Below are positions 22,842-30,619 of a DNA stretch of 32,000 nt, piece after piece. The stretch is from Planctomycetales bacterium. GTDB taxonomy: Bacteria; 4484-113; JAFGCY01. The stretch is taken from assembly GCA_022646745.1 (NCBI GenBank), contig CP060262.1, positions 1,020,001 through 1,052,000 on the forward strand, written 5' to 3'. Position 1 is the first letter of the stretch. The number at the start of each line of letters is the position of its first letter. Below the pieces are notes generated by a model. It had not been told where the DNA came from. It saw nothing but the letters and a program-made list of their open reading frames with translations, and made no database searches. The position numbers and the translations under genes are program-made.

Positions 22842-25634
22842 TCAGTACTGGATCGCGAAGCGGATGTCACTGTTCGGGTTATCGTAGTAGGCAATTGCCA
22901 GGCGGCCGCCCAGGTGGATCACGCAGACTCCATCACCGACATCGGGATCCCCGTCCACCAGGAAGGGCTCAGCCCAGCCCGTGCCGAGTGGCCCATCCGC
23001 CACCGACAGCATCATCCCGGCTGTCGTGTTGTCATGGTGGAAGATATGCGGAATGCCGTTGTGGATCAGCATGTTCGCCGAGTAGCCCGCCAGGCTGGCC
23101 GTGGCCACGGGCAGCGGGTCTGCCCAGCTCTGCCCATCCGCATCATTGGCACGCACGAACATCAGGTCCGCCCCGGTGTTCAGCTGGTAGCCGATTGCCG
23201 GAGCTCCCTGCACCACTGCCAAGGTTGTGTAGTAGCCAGTATTCGAAGTTGTGGTGATGATCACGCGCGTTCCCCAGCTGCTGCCGGCAGCGTCAGTGGC
23301 GCGGACGTAGGCCAGGTCCTGCCCATTGAACAGGTTGTAGCTGATCGCCGGGTTCCCGTTGACGATTGCCATTGAACAGAAGTTGCCGGGAATATCCTGG
23401 GTGTCAACGTCAACGGGCGTATCCCAGCTGGAGGCTGTCGCATCAGCCGCCCGGATGTAGCGCAGCTTTGCGTTGGCGCTGTCCCTGTATGCAAAGGCCG
23501 GGTTGCCGGCCACCTGCAGTGCATCCACGTAGAAGGTGCTGCCGCTGGTGGGGTCGATCGTCGTGGGCGAACCCCAGCTGCCTCCTGTTTCGTCACTGGC
23601 ATGGATGAACTTCAGCCCGGGAGCGCCCGTGCCGCTGAAGCCGAGCGCCGGCCGGCCATCCACCATCAGCGCGCTGCGCTTGCCACGTGTATAGCTGTTG
23701 ATTGACAGCAGGGTGCTGGCCGGCCACTGGCTGCCCTGCGGGTTGCTTGCCCTGACATACAGCAGGTCGTCAGTATCGTTGTCATAGTAGAACAGCGCCG
23801 GGCTGCCATGCACGTCCAGCAGCACGATGTCATTCACCGGTTCCACCGGCAGTTCCAGCGCAGTGATGCGCCAGCCCGTTACGGCCACCTCCAGTCCGGC
23901 GGTGCCGGTATGGCCGTCTGCATCCGTCACCCTCACGCCAACCGGATAGCTGCCGGGTTCGCTCCACCACAGGCTGATCAGCGGCTGGCCCTCCAGTGCA
24001 GCCTCACCGTTGCCAGCCTCACTGAAGATGCCGTCGCCATCCAGATCCCATTCGTAATTCGTGATACCGCCACCGGCATCCGTGGATGCCGATGCATCAA
24101 AGCTGACCGGCACATTCTTCTCCACGCGCATACTGCTGGCTGACAATGCCGCCGTCGGCCAGCCGCCGAGCCCCTCACCGACACTGATCGCCACGCTGTC
24201 AACGTCCCAGGCCCCCTCGCTGTCTGTCACACGGAACTTCGCGTTCCAGGTGCCATCGACGATGTAGTCAGTCGCCGGGGGCTGCAGCAGGTCAGTGTTG
24301 TCCTCATAGATGCCGTCGCCATTGAAATCCCAGGCGAACTCCAGCGCGGACAGGTCATCCTCAAGGTCCTCAGCGGTGCCCGTGAACTGCACGCTGAGCG
24401 GGGCCGGGCCACTCTGCGGATCGGCCACGGCGCTGGCCACCGGGCGGTTGTTGCCGATGATCAGCAGCGAAACCGAGCCGAGCGCGACAGCCTCACCGAG
24501 CGCATCCCGTCCGCGGACCGCCGGCCGGATCACGCCGGATGCCCCGGTGTAGGCCTGCTGGCTGCCTGACGCATCATCCGTCAGCTCGAACACTCCGTCG
24601 CCATCAAGGTCCCAGTCATACAGGTCCGCTCCGCTGGCAACGAGTCCGGCGGCCTGGTTGAGCTTGCCGCTGACCATGTCCGTCGCCAGCATCAGCTGGC
24701 CGGGGCTGCCTGCCAGCGGCAATGCATTCAGCACGGCCGTCGGGTCACTTTCGTTGCCACCGAAGTCCAGTGCGCTGACCGCAATGTAGGTCCGCGCGGA
24801 CAGGCCACTGAGGATATGCCGCGGTGCACCTTCCAGCTGCCTGACACGCTTGACACCAGCTGCATGCGGATTGCTGAAGGGCTGGCCGGAGTGGTAGACG
24901 ATGTAGCCCGCGATGTCATTGGCCGGCACCGGGTTCCAGGCCAACTCAATCCCGCCATTCACCGGAGTCAGGGCAAGGCCACTGGGACTGGAGGGCTTGA
25001 TTGCGTCCGCCGGGTCGTACTGATTCACACCGACGCCGACGATGTCCAGGCTGTTGCCGGCCTCCGCCAGCACCGTGACGAAAGTGTTGCCGAATTCACT
25101 CGTGTAGTTTCCGTTGCCATCCGTCAGCACCGGCAGGCGGATCCGCCCGTCACTGAATGGACCGTTCCATTCCCAGCGCACGCCGCCATAGTTGCTCACG
25201 CCGACGTAGTAGCGGCTCTTTGGCCCAAGCAGGTTGGCATCGATGCTGACGATGCCCGGCTGCTGGTCCTGCAGGCTGATGCGGTAGATCGCGTAGGCGA
25301 TGTCATTGGTGCTCGTTGCATTGAGGCGCAGTGCCTCTCCGTTGGGGACAGCGTCTCCGGCGGAGAGGAAGAGTTCCACTCCCGGCGTGAAGATCGTGTT
25401 TGCCGTGATCGAGGATGATCCGCGACCGCTGGGCAGCACATGTCCCTGCCCGTCGAGTGCCTCCCAGGGTTGCACACCGTCTGCCGGCAGGGCCAGCTTG
25501 GCGTCTGGTAACTCCTGTTCCACATCAAACCCTGCGGCACCAGCCAGCTGCACGCCAGCCCTGTCTGCAGTTCCACCGCAGGCAGAAATAAATATGAGCA
25601 GCGCCAGTATTGCCAGCGAGCCGGGTAGTCTCAT
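22842..25634 (-). CDS. Modular surface lipoprotein C: divergent family member with NPAIAY-type propeller
   Basis: The signal peptide is MRLPGSLAILALLIFISACGG (lipobox), followed by LPADGVQPWEALD. The shared domain reads SIDANLLGPKSRYYVGVSNYGGVRWEWNGPFSDGRIRL. FN3-like and three PKD-like segments follow. The C-terminal blades include GSPALFYYD, GRPALGFSG, GNPAFAYRD, GNPAISYNL, GAPAIGYQL and GRLAIAYYD. Confidence 0.85.
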   Translation of the reverse strand: MRLPGSLAILALLIFISACGGTADRAGVQLAGAAGFDVEQELPDAKLALPADGVQPWEALDGQGHVLPSGRGSSSITANTIFTPGVELFLSAGDAVPNGEALRLNATSTNDIAYAIYRISLQDQQPGIVSIDANLLGPKSRYYVGVSNYGGVRWEWNGPFSDGRIRLPVLTDGNGNYTSEFGNTFVTVLAEAGNSLDIVGVGVNQYDPADAIKPSSPSGLALTPVNGGIELAWNPVPANDIAGYIVYHSGQPFSNPHAAGVKRVRQLEGAPRHILSGLSARTYIAVSALDFGGNESDPTAVLNALPLAGSPGQLMLATDMVSGKLNQAAGLVASGADLYDWDLDGDGVFELTDDASGSQQAYTGASGVIRPAVRGRDALGEAVALGSVSLLIIGNNRPVASAVADPQSGPAPLSVQFTGTAEDLEDDLSALEFAWDFNGDGIYEDNTDLLQPPATDYIVDGTWNAKFRVTDSEGAWDVDSVAISVGEGLGGWPTAALSASSMRVEKNVPVSFDASASTDAGGGITNYEWDLDGDGIFSEAGNGEAALEGQPLISLWWSEPGSYPVGVRVTDADGHTGTAGLEVAVTGWRITALELPVEPVNDIVLLDVHGSPALFYYDNDTDDLLYVRASNPQGSQWPASTLLSINSYTRGKRSALMVDGRPALGFSGTGAPGLKFIHASDETGGSWGSPTTIDPTSGSTFYVDALQVAGNPAFAYRDSANAKLRYIRAADATASSWDTPVDVDTQDIPGNFCSMAIVNGNPAISYNLFNGQDLAYVRATDAAGSSWGTRVIITTTSNTGYYTTLAVVQGAPAIGYQLNTGADLMFVRANDADGQSWADPLPVATASLAGYSANMLIHNGIPHIFHHDNTTAGMMLSVADGPLGTGWAEPFLVDGDPDVGDGVCVIHLGGRLAIAYYDNPNSDIRFAIQY

Positions 25635-25662
25635 GGAAGTACCCCTGTAAGTATTGCTGGCA

Positions 25663-25671
25663 CTGATTCTA
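25663..25671 (-). promoter_or_regulatory. TAGAATCAG motif, candidate -10 element upstream of C
   Basis: The plus strand reads ctgattcta. TAGAAT ends 32 nt upstream of ATG 25634. Confidence 0.35.
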
Positions 25672-25703
25672 TCAGGATTTAACCCTGTGGGGCAGGGACA
25701 CTT

Positions 25704-26018
25704 TCAGGCGGTGACCCGGAATGTCACCCAGATCTCGCTGATCTTGCCGTCGCGCATGCGGATGAATTCCCCGACCTTGATGTCACCCACGCCGTAGGCC
25801 ACGTATGCGGTATTGCCACCGTAGGCCTCCTGCACGGGCTCAAAGCTGTTGAATCCGGCGGCGTATTCCCAGCAGCAGTCCAGGAAGGCATCCGCCCCGT
25901 CGAAGTCATGCATCGGGCTGCGGAACACAAGGTCATCCGCCAGCCGCGCGCGGGCCCCGGCCCGGTCATTGCCGACCCAGCAGCCATAGTATTCGCTGAT
26001 CAACTGCCTGATTTCCAA
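25704..26018 (-). CDS. NTF2/SnoaL-like small protein
   Basis: 104 aa: (M)EIRQLISEYYGCWVGNDRAGARARLADDLVFRSPMHDFDGADAFLDCCWEYAAG...GKISEIWVTF. This is the typical SnoaL-like cone-fold pattern. The start is TTG with GGGAGGA 5 nt upstream. Confidence 0.65.
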   Translation of the reverse strand: MEIRQLISEYYGCWVGNDRAGARARLADDLVFRSPMHDFDGADAFLDCCWEYAAGFNSFEPVQEAYGGNTAYVAYGVGDIKVGEFIRMRDGKISEIWVTFRVTA

Positions 26019-26065
26019 TGTTGTCCTCCCGGCTGCCCGGCGGGCCAGCGCATCGACTAGGATAG

Positions 26066-27082
26066 GTGAGGATGCTCCTGCAGCAAAACAGCGGTTCGGA
26101 AGATGGCGGCTTCGCCAGCCATGTGCTCGACCACAATCCGCTGGTCAACTACGTCTCGGAGCTTGTCGGCGTATCGCTCGCCACCTCCGAGAAGCTGATC
26201 CTTTCCCTGGTCCTCTTGGCGGTCGTGCCACTGATCAACACGATCATCCTGCGGCTGATCCGCAGCGGGGCGAAGGACAGCACGACGGTCTACCGCGCGC
26301 GTGTGGCGCTGCGCTACTTCTCCGGCTTCGCCGTCTGCATCCTGCTGGTGGCGATCTGGTTCGGCAGCCTGGCCGACCTCGGCACCTACATCTCAATCGT
26401 CTCCGCTGGACTCGTGATCGCACTGCAGGACAGTGTTGCCAACATGGCGGGCTTCGTGTTCATCATGTGGCGCCGGCCGTTCAGTGTGCAGGACCGCATC
26501 GAGATCAGCGGGCTGCGCGGCGACGTGATTGACATCCGCCTGTTCCAGTTCACCGTGGTGGAGGTCGGCAACTGGGTGGATGCCGACCAGAGCACCGGGC
26601 GCATCGTGCACATCCCAAACCGCAAGGTCTTCACCGAGCCGCTGGCCAACTACACCGCCGGCTTCGAGTACATCTGGAATGAACTGCCGGTGGTTGTCAC
26701 CTTCGAGAGCAACTGGCGCAAGGCCAAGGGCCTGCTGACTGACATCGCCAGGCAGCACTGCGAGCAGTTCACGCCCGAGGCCGAGAAGCAGATCCGCACC
26801 ACGGCCCAGCGCTACATGATCATCGCCGGCAAGCTGACGCCGATCGTCTACACCCGCGTTGTTGACATCGGGGTCGAGCTGACCCTGCGCTACCTGACCC
26901 ACGCCCGCAGCCGGCGCGGCACATCACAGCAGCTGTGGGAGGCGATCCTCGACGAGTTCGCGCAGCACCCGGACATCGACTACGCCTACGCGACCACACG
27001 CTTCTATGACAACCGCACGGAGGGCAAGCCCGGGGCGGGGGGCACCGACAGGGAGCAGGGAGCAGGGAACGGGGAACAGTAG
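26066..27082 (+). CDS. Mechanosensitive ion channel family protein (MscS-like)
   Basis: TM helices are followed by the MscS beta-domain motif LQDSVANMAGFVFIMWRRPFSVQDRIEISGLRGDVIDIRLFQFTVVEVGNW...GRIVHIPNRKVFTEPLANYT. The start is GTG 26066 or ATG 26072. Confidence 0.85.
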   Translation: MRMLLQQNSGSEDGGFASHVLDHNPLVNYVSELVGVSLATSEKLILSLVLLAVVPLINTIILRLIRSGAKDSTTVYRARVALRYFSGFAVCILLVAIWFGSLADLGTYISIVSAGLVIALQDSVANMAGFVFIMWRRPFSVQDRIEISGLRGDVIDIRLFQFTVVEVGNWVDADQSTGRIVHIPNRKVFTEPLANYTAGFEYIWNELPVVVTFESNWRKAKGLLTDIARQHCEQFTPEAEKQIRTTAQRYMIIAGKLTPIVYTRVVDIGVELTLRYLTHARSRRGTSQQLWEAILDEFAQHPDIDYAYATTRFYDNRTEGKPGAGGTDREQGAGNGEQ

Positions 27083-27258
27083 CAGGTTGGAGTTCGGAGG
27101 TTGGAGCTTGGAGCGGGGAGTCAAGTGGTTGGAGAGCAAAGGATTGAGGAATCGTAGTTTGGAGTAGGGAAGGGAGCAGCAATGTGAAGCCATGCTTCGC
27201 GACTCCAAACTCCCCACTCAAACCTCCAACCTGTCTCTGTTCCCAGTTCCCAGTTCCC
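27051..27258. repeat. Long imperfect inverted repeat (arms ~27051-27113 and ~27203-27258) rich in GGTTGGAG/CTCCAA units
   Basis: The left arm reads gggagcagggagcagggaacggggaacagtagcaggttggagttcggaggttggagcttggag. The reverse complement of the right arm reads gggaactgggaactgggaacagagacaggttggaggtttgagtggggagtttggag. The element lies between the convergent MscS and NUDIX genes, and the left arm overlaps the last ~10 MscS codons. Confidence 0.7.
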
Positions 27259-27737
27259 TACTTCAGGTCATTCGCCACGATCACTTCCACGCCATCCGGA
27301 ATGTTGAGCAGGCGCTGCTTGAGCATGTCCGGGTTGAAGGGGGCCGTTGCCAGTTCACTGAGCGGCAGCCAGAAGAAGATCAGACGCTCGCCGGCCTCGT
27401 CGCCATCGAAGTGGCCGTCGTTGGCATGCAGCGGGTCGTCGTCGGCCAGCTTCATCAGGTAGTAGAAGCAGATCTCATGCACCTGCTTGCCTTCCTCGTA
27501 GCCGAACAGGTTCTCCATCACCCACAGCGTGCGCTCCACCGTGACTACTGCGCCGAGCTCCTCAGACATCTCGCGCACGAGGGCATCGCTGCTGAATTCA
27601 AGGGGCTGGATCCGGCCCCCCGGCAGGCTCCAGTTCGTTTCCTTTTCATTGCGGTGCACCAGCAGGCGGCCGCGCGAGATTGCCACTCCGGCGACGCGGA
27701 AGTTGAAATGGACGCTGGAGTTCTCCCAGTCCTTCAC
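27258..27737 (-). CDS. NUDIX hydrolase
   Basis: The Nudix box GGRIQPLEFSSDALVREMSEELGAVV fits GX5EX7REUXEEXGU. The start is GTG at 27737, 4 nt after the stop of the upstream CAP-domain gene. Confidence 0.85.
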   Translation of the reverse strand: MKDWENSSVHFNFRVAGVAISRGRLLVHRNEKETNWSLPGGRIQPLEFSSDALVREMSEELGAVVTVERTLWVMENLFGYEEGKQVHEICFYYLMKLADDDPLHANDGHFDGDEAGERLIFFWLPLSELATAPFNPDMLKQRLLNIPDGVEVIVANDLK

Positions 27738-27741
27738 GGCT

Positions 27742-28641
27742 CTACTTTAGCACTTCGATTGCCACGCAGGCCGCCTTCACCTCGCCGCCTGTGCGGGTGT
27801 CATGCAGCATCAGGATCACGTAGTAGCTGCCGGGCTTGCCCTTGTAGTCCAGCAGCAGCCGCGCGTCAATCCGGCCATCATCCTTGAGCCCGACATCGTA
27901 ATAGGTGTCCACATTGAAGCGCCGTTCCGTGTGCGGCGTGTAGACGGCGAACATCGTGTCGCCCTCGCTGTAGGTGCCGGTATTGTTCAGCCAGCGCTGT
28001 TCGCGCAGTTCCGGCAGTGGCTCATGCCGAAGCAGGATGTAGTTCAGCGCGTAGCGCTTGGGGTCGAATTGCCCGCTGAAGCTGACCACATCCCCGACCC
28101 GGGCCTTGAGCGGGCAGGCGTAATTGCCACCGGCCCGGCAGATGAATTCCTGTACGAGGTAAACGCGACTGCCGTTGACGGCCATCCCCAGCCCAACATC
28201 CGTGTAGCCCGGATTGAGCATCGTGGCCCGGTGCCCGCTGGATGCCTCCAGTGAATCCATTGCCTCATCGATGACGCGCTGCCAGCCGCCAGCCTGGTAC
28301 TCGGCGAAGAAGATGTTCTCCCCGAGGCCGTGCATCCCGCCCAGTTCGTTGTAGCGGCGGGTCGGCTTGTGGCCCTGCATGTCCCAGTGCGAGAAGTAGC
28401 CGGCCTCAGCCATGTCGCGGGCATGCTGCAGGGCCAGCTCGCTGGCCAGCGGTTCCAGCCTGACGCTTGGCAGGCCATTGTCCGAGCGCAGCTCATTCAC
28501 GAGTTCGAGGCAGTATTCACGCGCCTCTTCGTAATGGTCGAGCAGGGATGCGGCTCCGTCCTGGGCATGCGCCGGACGGCAGCAGATGAGTGCGAGGAGG
28601 AAGAGCAGGATGCCGGGAAGCTTCACAGGGCAGTCTAGCAT
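27742..28641 (-). CDS. Secreted CAP/SCP (YkwD-like) domain protein with extra C-terminal domain
   Basis: The signal peptide is MLDCPVKLPGILLFLLALICCRPAHA. CAP motifs are ELVNELRSDNGLPSVRLEPLASELALQHARDMAEAGYFSHWD...GENIFF...SSGHRATMLNPGYTDVGLGMA. About 130 further aa belong to no family I recognise. Confidence 0.8.
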   Translation of the reverse strand: MLDCPVKLPGILLFLLALICCRPAHAQDGAASLLDHYEEAREYCLELVNELRSDNGLPSVRLEPLASELALQHARDMAEAGYFSHWDMQGHKPTRRYNELGGMHGLGENIFFAEYQAGGWQRVIDEAMDSLEASSGHRATMLNPGYTDVGLGMAVNGSRVYLVQEFICRAGGNYACPLKARVGDVVSFSGQFDPKRYALNYILLRHEPLPELREQRWLNNTGTYSEGDTMFAVYTPHTERRFNVDTYYDVGLKDDGRIDARLLLDYKGKPGSYYVILMLHDTRTGGEVKAACVAIEVLK

Positions 28642-28680
28642 GGCTGCCGTGGCCAGATCAGTGGCTTGCCGTTATTCGGC

Positions 28681-28917
28681 CTAGCCCCAGGTGTTCTGGG
28701 CAAACACCATGTAGATGATGGAAAGGCCGATGAAGGCATAGCCGGAGTAGGACAGCAGCTTCTTCTTCTGCTCCTCGACGCCGGTGGCGCCGCGGTAGCT
28801 GTCGGTCTGGCCGGTGATGGCCGCGCCGAGACCCTCGCTCTTCGTGTTCTGCGTGAGCGTGACATAGGCCATCACGGCCCCGATGATCCAGATCAATACG
28901 CTGATAGCTGCAAGCAT
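28681..28917 (-). CDS. secG: Preprotein translocase subunit SecG (probable)
   Basis: 78 aa with two TM segments. The linker TQNTKSEGLGAAITGQTDSYRGATG matches the Gly-rich SecG loop pattern (Q-x-x-K-x-x-G-L-G-x-A). Confidence 0.55.
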   Translation of the reverse strand: MLAAISVLIWIIGAVMAYVTLTQNTKSEGLGAAITGQTDSYRGATGVEEQKKKLLSYSGYAFIGLSIIYMVFAQNTWG

Positions 28918-28970
28918 TATGGTTACCCCGAACCCGGGATTATATCACAACAGTTCCAGGCCTGCCCGGC

Positions 28971-29306
28971 TCAGCCCTTCCAGGTGCGAAATGCTCCGAA
29001 GCCGGCCAGCCAGCTGCCGAGCACGAGGACCAGACCGGGGTTGCGAAAGGCCCCCAGCAGGCCCGGCAGGCTGCCCTCAGGCGGTTCCGTCCCGCCCCAC
29101 CAGCCGATGTAGCCGAGGATGAAGGCGCAGGCCCCGAGCGTATAGACCCCTACGAGGCCACTGATCTCCGCCAGCACCACCGGAGCGGTCGGATCCTTGC
29201 CGCTGCGGTCCTGCTTGTCGGTCTTTTTTGAGGTGTAGCCGAACAGCACCCCGGTGGCCAAGCCAAGCAGCACGGCGATGACAAGCATGGTGAGGTTCTG
29301 TGGCAC
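28971..29306 (-). CDS. Small integral membrane protein, unknown function
   Basis: 111 aa with about 3 hydrophobic segments (MLVIAVLLGLATGVLFG, LVGVYTLGACAFILGYIGWW, GLVLVLGSWLAGFGAF). I recognise no family. Confidence 0.5.
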   Translation of the reverse strand: MPQNLTMLVIAVLLGLATGVLFGYTSKKTDKQDRSGKDPTAPVVLAEISGLVGVYTLGACAFILGYIGWWGGTEPPEGSLPGLLGAFRNPGLVLVLGSWLAGFGAFRTWKG

Positions 29307-29422
29307 GCGCAGATTTTAGTACAGGCCCCGGCTTTGCCGCCTCATAACCGCAGCTTCACCGCCGCTTAACCACCCAGCGGGCCGCAGTTCCTAGACTCTT
29401 GGTGGAGATAAGTGACTAGTTA

Positions 29423-30526
29423 ATGTCTGACCAAGGCGAGAAGACAGAAGCCGCAACACCGCGAAGACGGCAGAAGGCGCGCGAACAGGGCCAGGTGGCG
29501 AAATCCACAGAGCTCGTCAGCGCGATCCTGCTGTTCGGCATGTTCCTGCTGCTGTTCAACCGCAACCACGGGCTGGCCGCCCAGTTCAGCGCTTACTTCA
29601 CCGACACAGCCGGCAAGGCCTGGGTCACCGACCTTTCACATGACGGCCTGCGCCTGCTGATCCGTGACAACGTGGTCGCCCTGCTGAAGATCCTCGCGCC
29701 CTACCTGCTGGCCAGCATGCTGCTGGCATTGATCGCCAGCCTGCTGCAGGTCGGGCTGGTGTTCTCCAGCGAGCCGCTCAACCCGCAGCTCGGCCGGCTC
29801 AATCCGCTCAAGGGTTTCCAGCGCATCTTCTCCATGAAGGCGCTGGTGGATTTCCTCAAGAACATCCTCAAGCTGGCGGCTGTCGGGCTCGTCGGCTTCA
29901 GCGTGCTGTACACCGCCTATCCCGGCATCATCGTCAGTGTCGACCGCCAGCCCTTCGATTCCGTCGCCTTCGCCACCACCATCGGCTTCCGCATCGGCAT
30001 GTTCTGCTGTGGGCTTTTGCTGGTGATTGCCATCCTGGACTACATCTACCAGAAGTTCGAATTCGAGAAAAGCATCAAGATGAGCAAGCAGGAGATCAAG
30101 GAGGAGTACAAGAACATGGAGGGCGACCCGCAGATCAAGCGCCGCATCCGTGAGATGGGCCGCCAGTACGCCATGAGCAGCATGCAGGAGCAGGTGCAGC
30201 GCGCCGATGCGGTGATCACCAACCCGACGCATTACGCAGTGGCGGTCTGCTATGAGATGGACTGGCCGGCGCCGAAGGTCGTTGCCAAGGGCGTCGACTA
30301 TGCGGCGCTGCGCATCATCCGCTACGCAGAGGAACTGGAGATCCCGGTCTACCAGCAGCCGGAGCTGGCCCGTGCGCTTTATAACGTTGACCTCGAGCAG
30401 TACGTGCCTGCCAACCTGTTCCGCGCCGTGGCCCGCGTGCTGGCGCACCTCGCCCGCTATGACGGCAAGCTGCGCCGTAAGCTCGGCAGTGGCAAGGGCA
30501 GCCCGGTTGCGCAGGCGAAGCCGTAG
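29423..30526 (+). CDS. flhB: Flagellar/T3SS export apparatus switch protein FlhB
   Basis: The N-terminus is MSDQGEKTEAATPRRRQKAREQGQVAKSTEL, followed by four TM segments. The motifs KMSKQEIKEEYKNMEGDPQIKRRIRE and the autocleavage motif NPTHYAVAV are present. Confidence 0.92.
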   Translation: MSDQGEKTEAATPRRRQKAREQGQVAKSTELVSAILLFGMFLLLFNRNHGLAAQFSAYFTDTAGKAWVTDLSHDGLRLLIRDNVVALLKILAPYLLASMLLALIASLLQVGLVFSSEPLNPQLGRLNPLKGFQRIFSMKALVDFLKNILKLAAVGLVGFSVLYTAYPGIIVSVDRQPFDSVAFATTIGFRIGMFCCGLLLVIAILDYIYQKFEFEKSIKMSKQEIKEEYKNMEGDPQIKRRIREMGRQYAMSSMQEQVQRADAVITNPTHYAVAVCYEMDWPAPKVVAKGVDYAALRIIRYAEELEIPVYQQPELARALYNVDLEQYVPANLFRAVARVLAHLARYDGKLRRKLGSGKGSPVAQAKP

Positions 30527-30577
30527 CTGCGTGGGATCCGAGGCAGGCGGGCACTGTCCACCAGCGCCCTTCTCCGC

Positions 30578-30586
30578 TAGAATCAA
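30578..30586 (+). promoter_or_regulatory. TAGAATCAA motif, candidate -10 element upstream of the FG-GAP repeat gene
   Basis: tagaat at 30578-30583, 37 nt upstream of ATG 30620. Confidence 0.3.
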
Positions 30587-30619
30587 GCCACAGTGCCGGC
30601 CAGCGGTTACAGCTACAAA

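Noticed and set aside
11230-25634. Diversity-generating retroelement (template/variable repeat) as the source of variation in the array
   Set aside because: No reverse transcriptase gene is present in the window. The differences between repeat copies are not adenine-specific. The one hypervariable patch is a wholesale 45/42-nt replacement rather than scattered A-to-N changes.
11230-25634. Array as a mobile element, genomic island or polymorphic-toxin locus
   Set aside because: I could read no transposase, integrase, tRNA attachment site, terminal inverted repeats, immunity-like small ORFs or toxin domains. The C-termini are repeat propellers, not enzymatic toxin domains.
27742-28641. CAP-domain protein plus NUDIX hydrolase as a defence or toxin pair
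   Set aside because: Both are common housekeeping or accessory families. The tight 4-nt spacing only suggests co-transcription. Nothing in the sequence points to a defence function.
29307-29422. Sigma-28 (FliA) promoter upstream of flhB (gccgcctcataa vaguely like GCCGATAA)
   Set aside because: There is no TAAA -35 element at the required 15-nt spacing. The match to the -10 consensus is weak.
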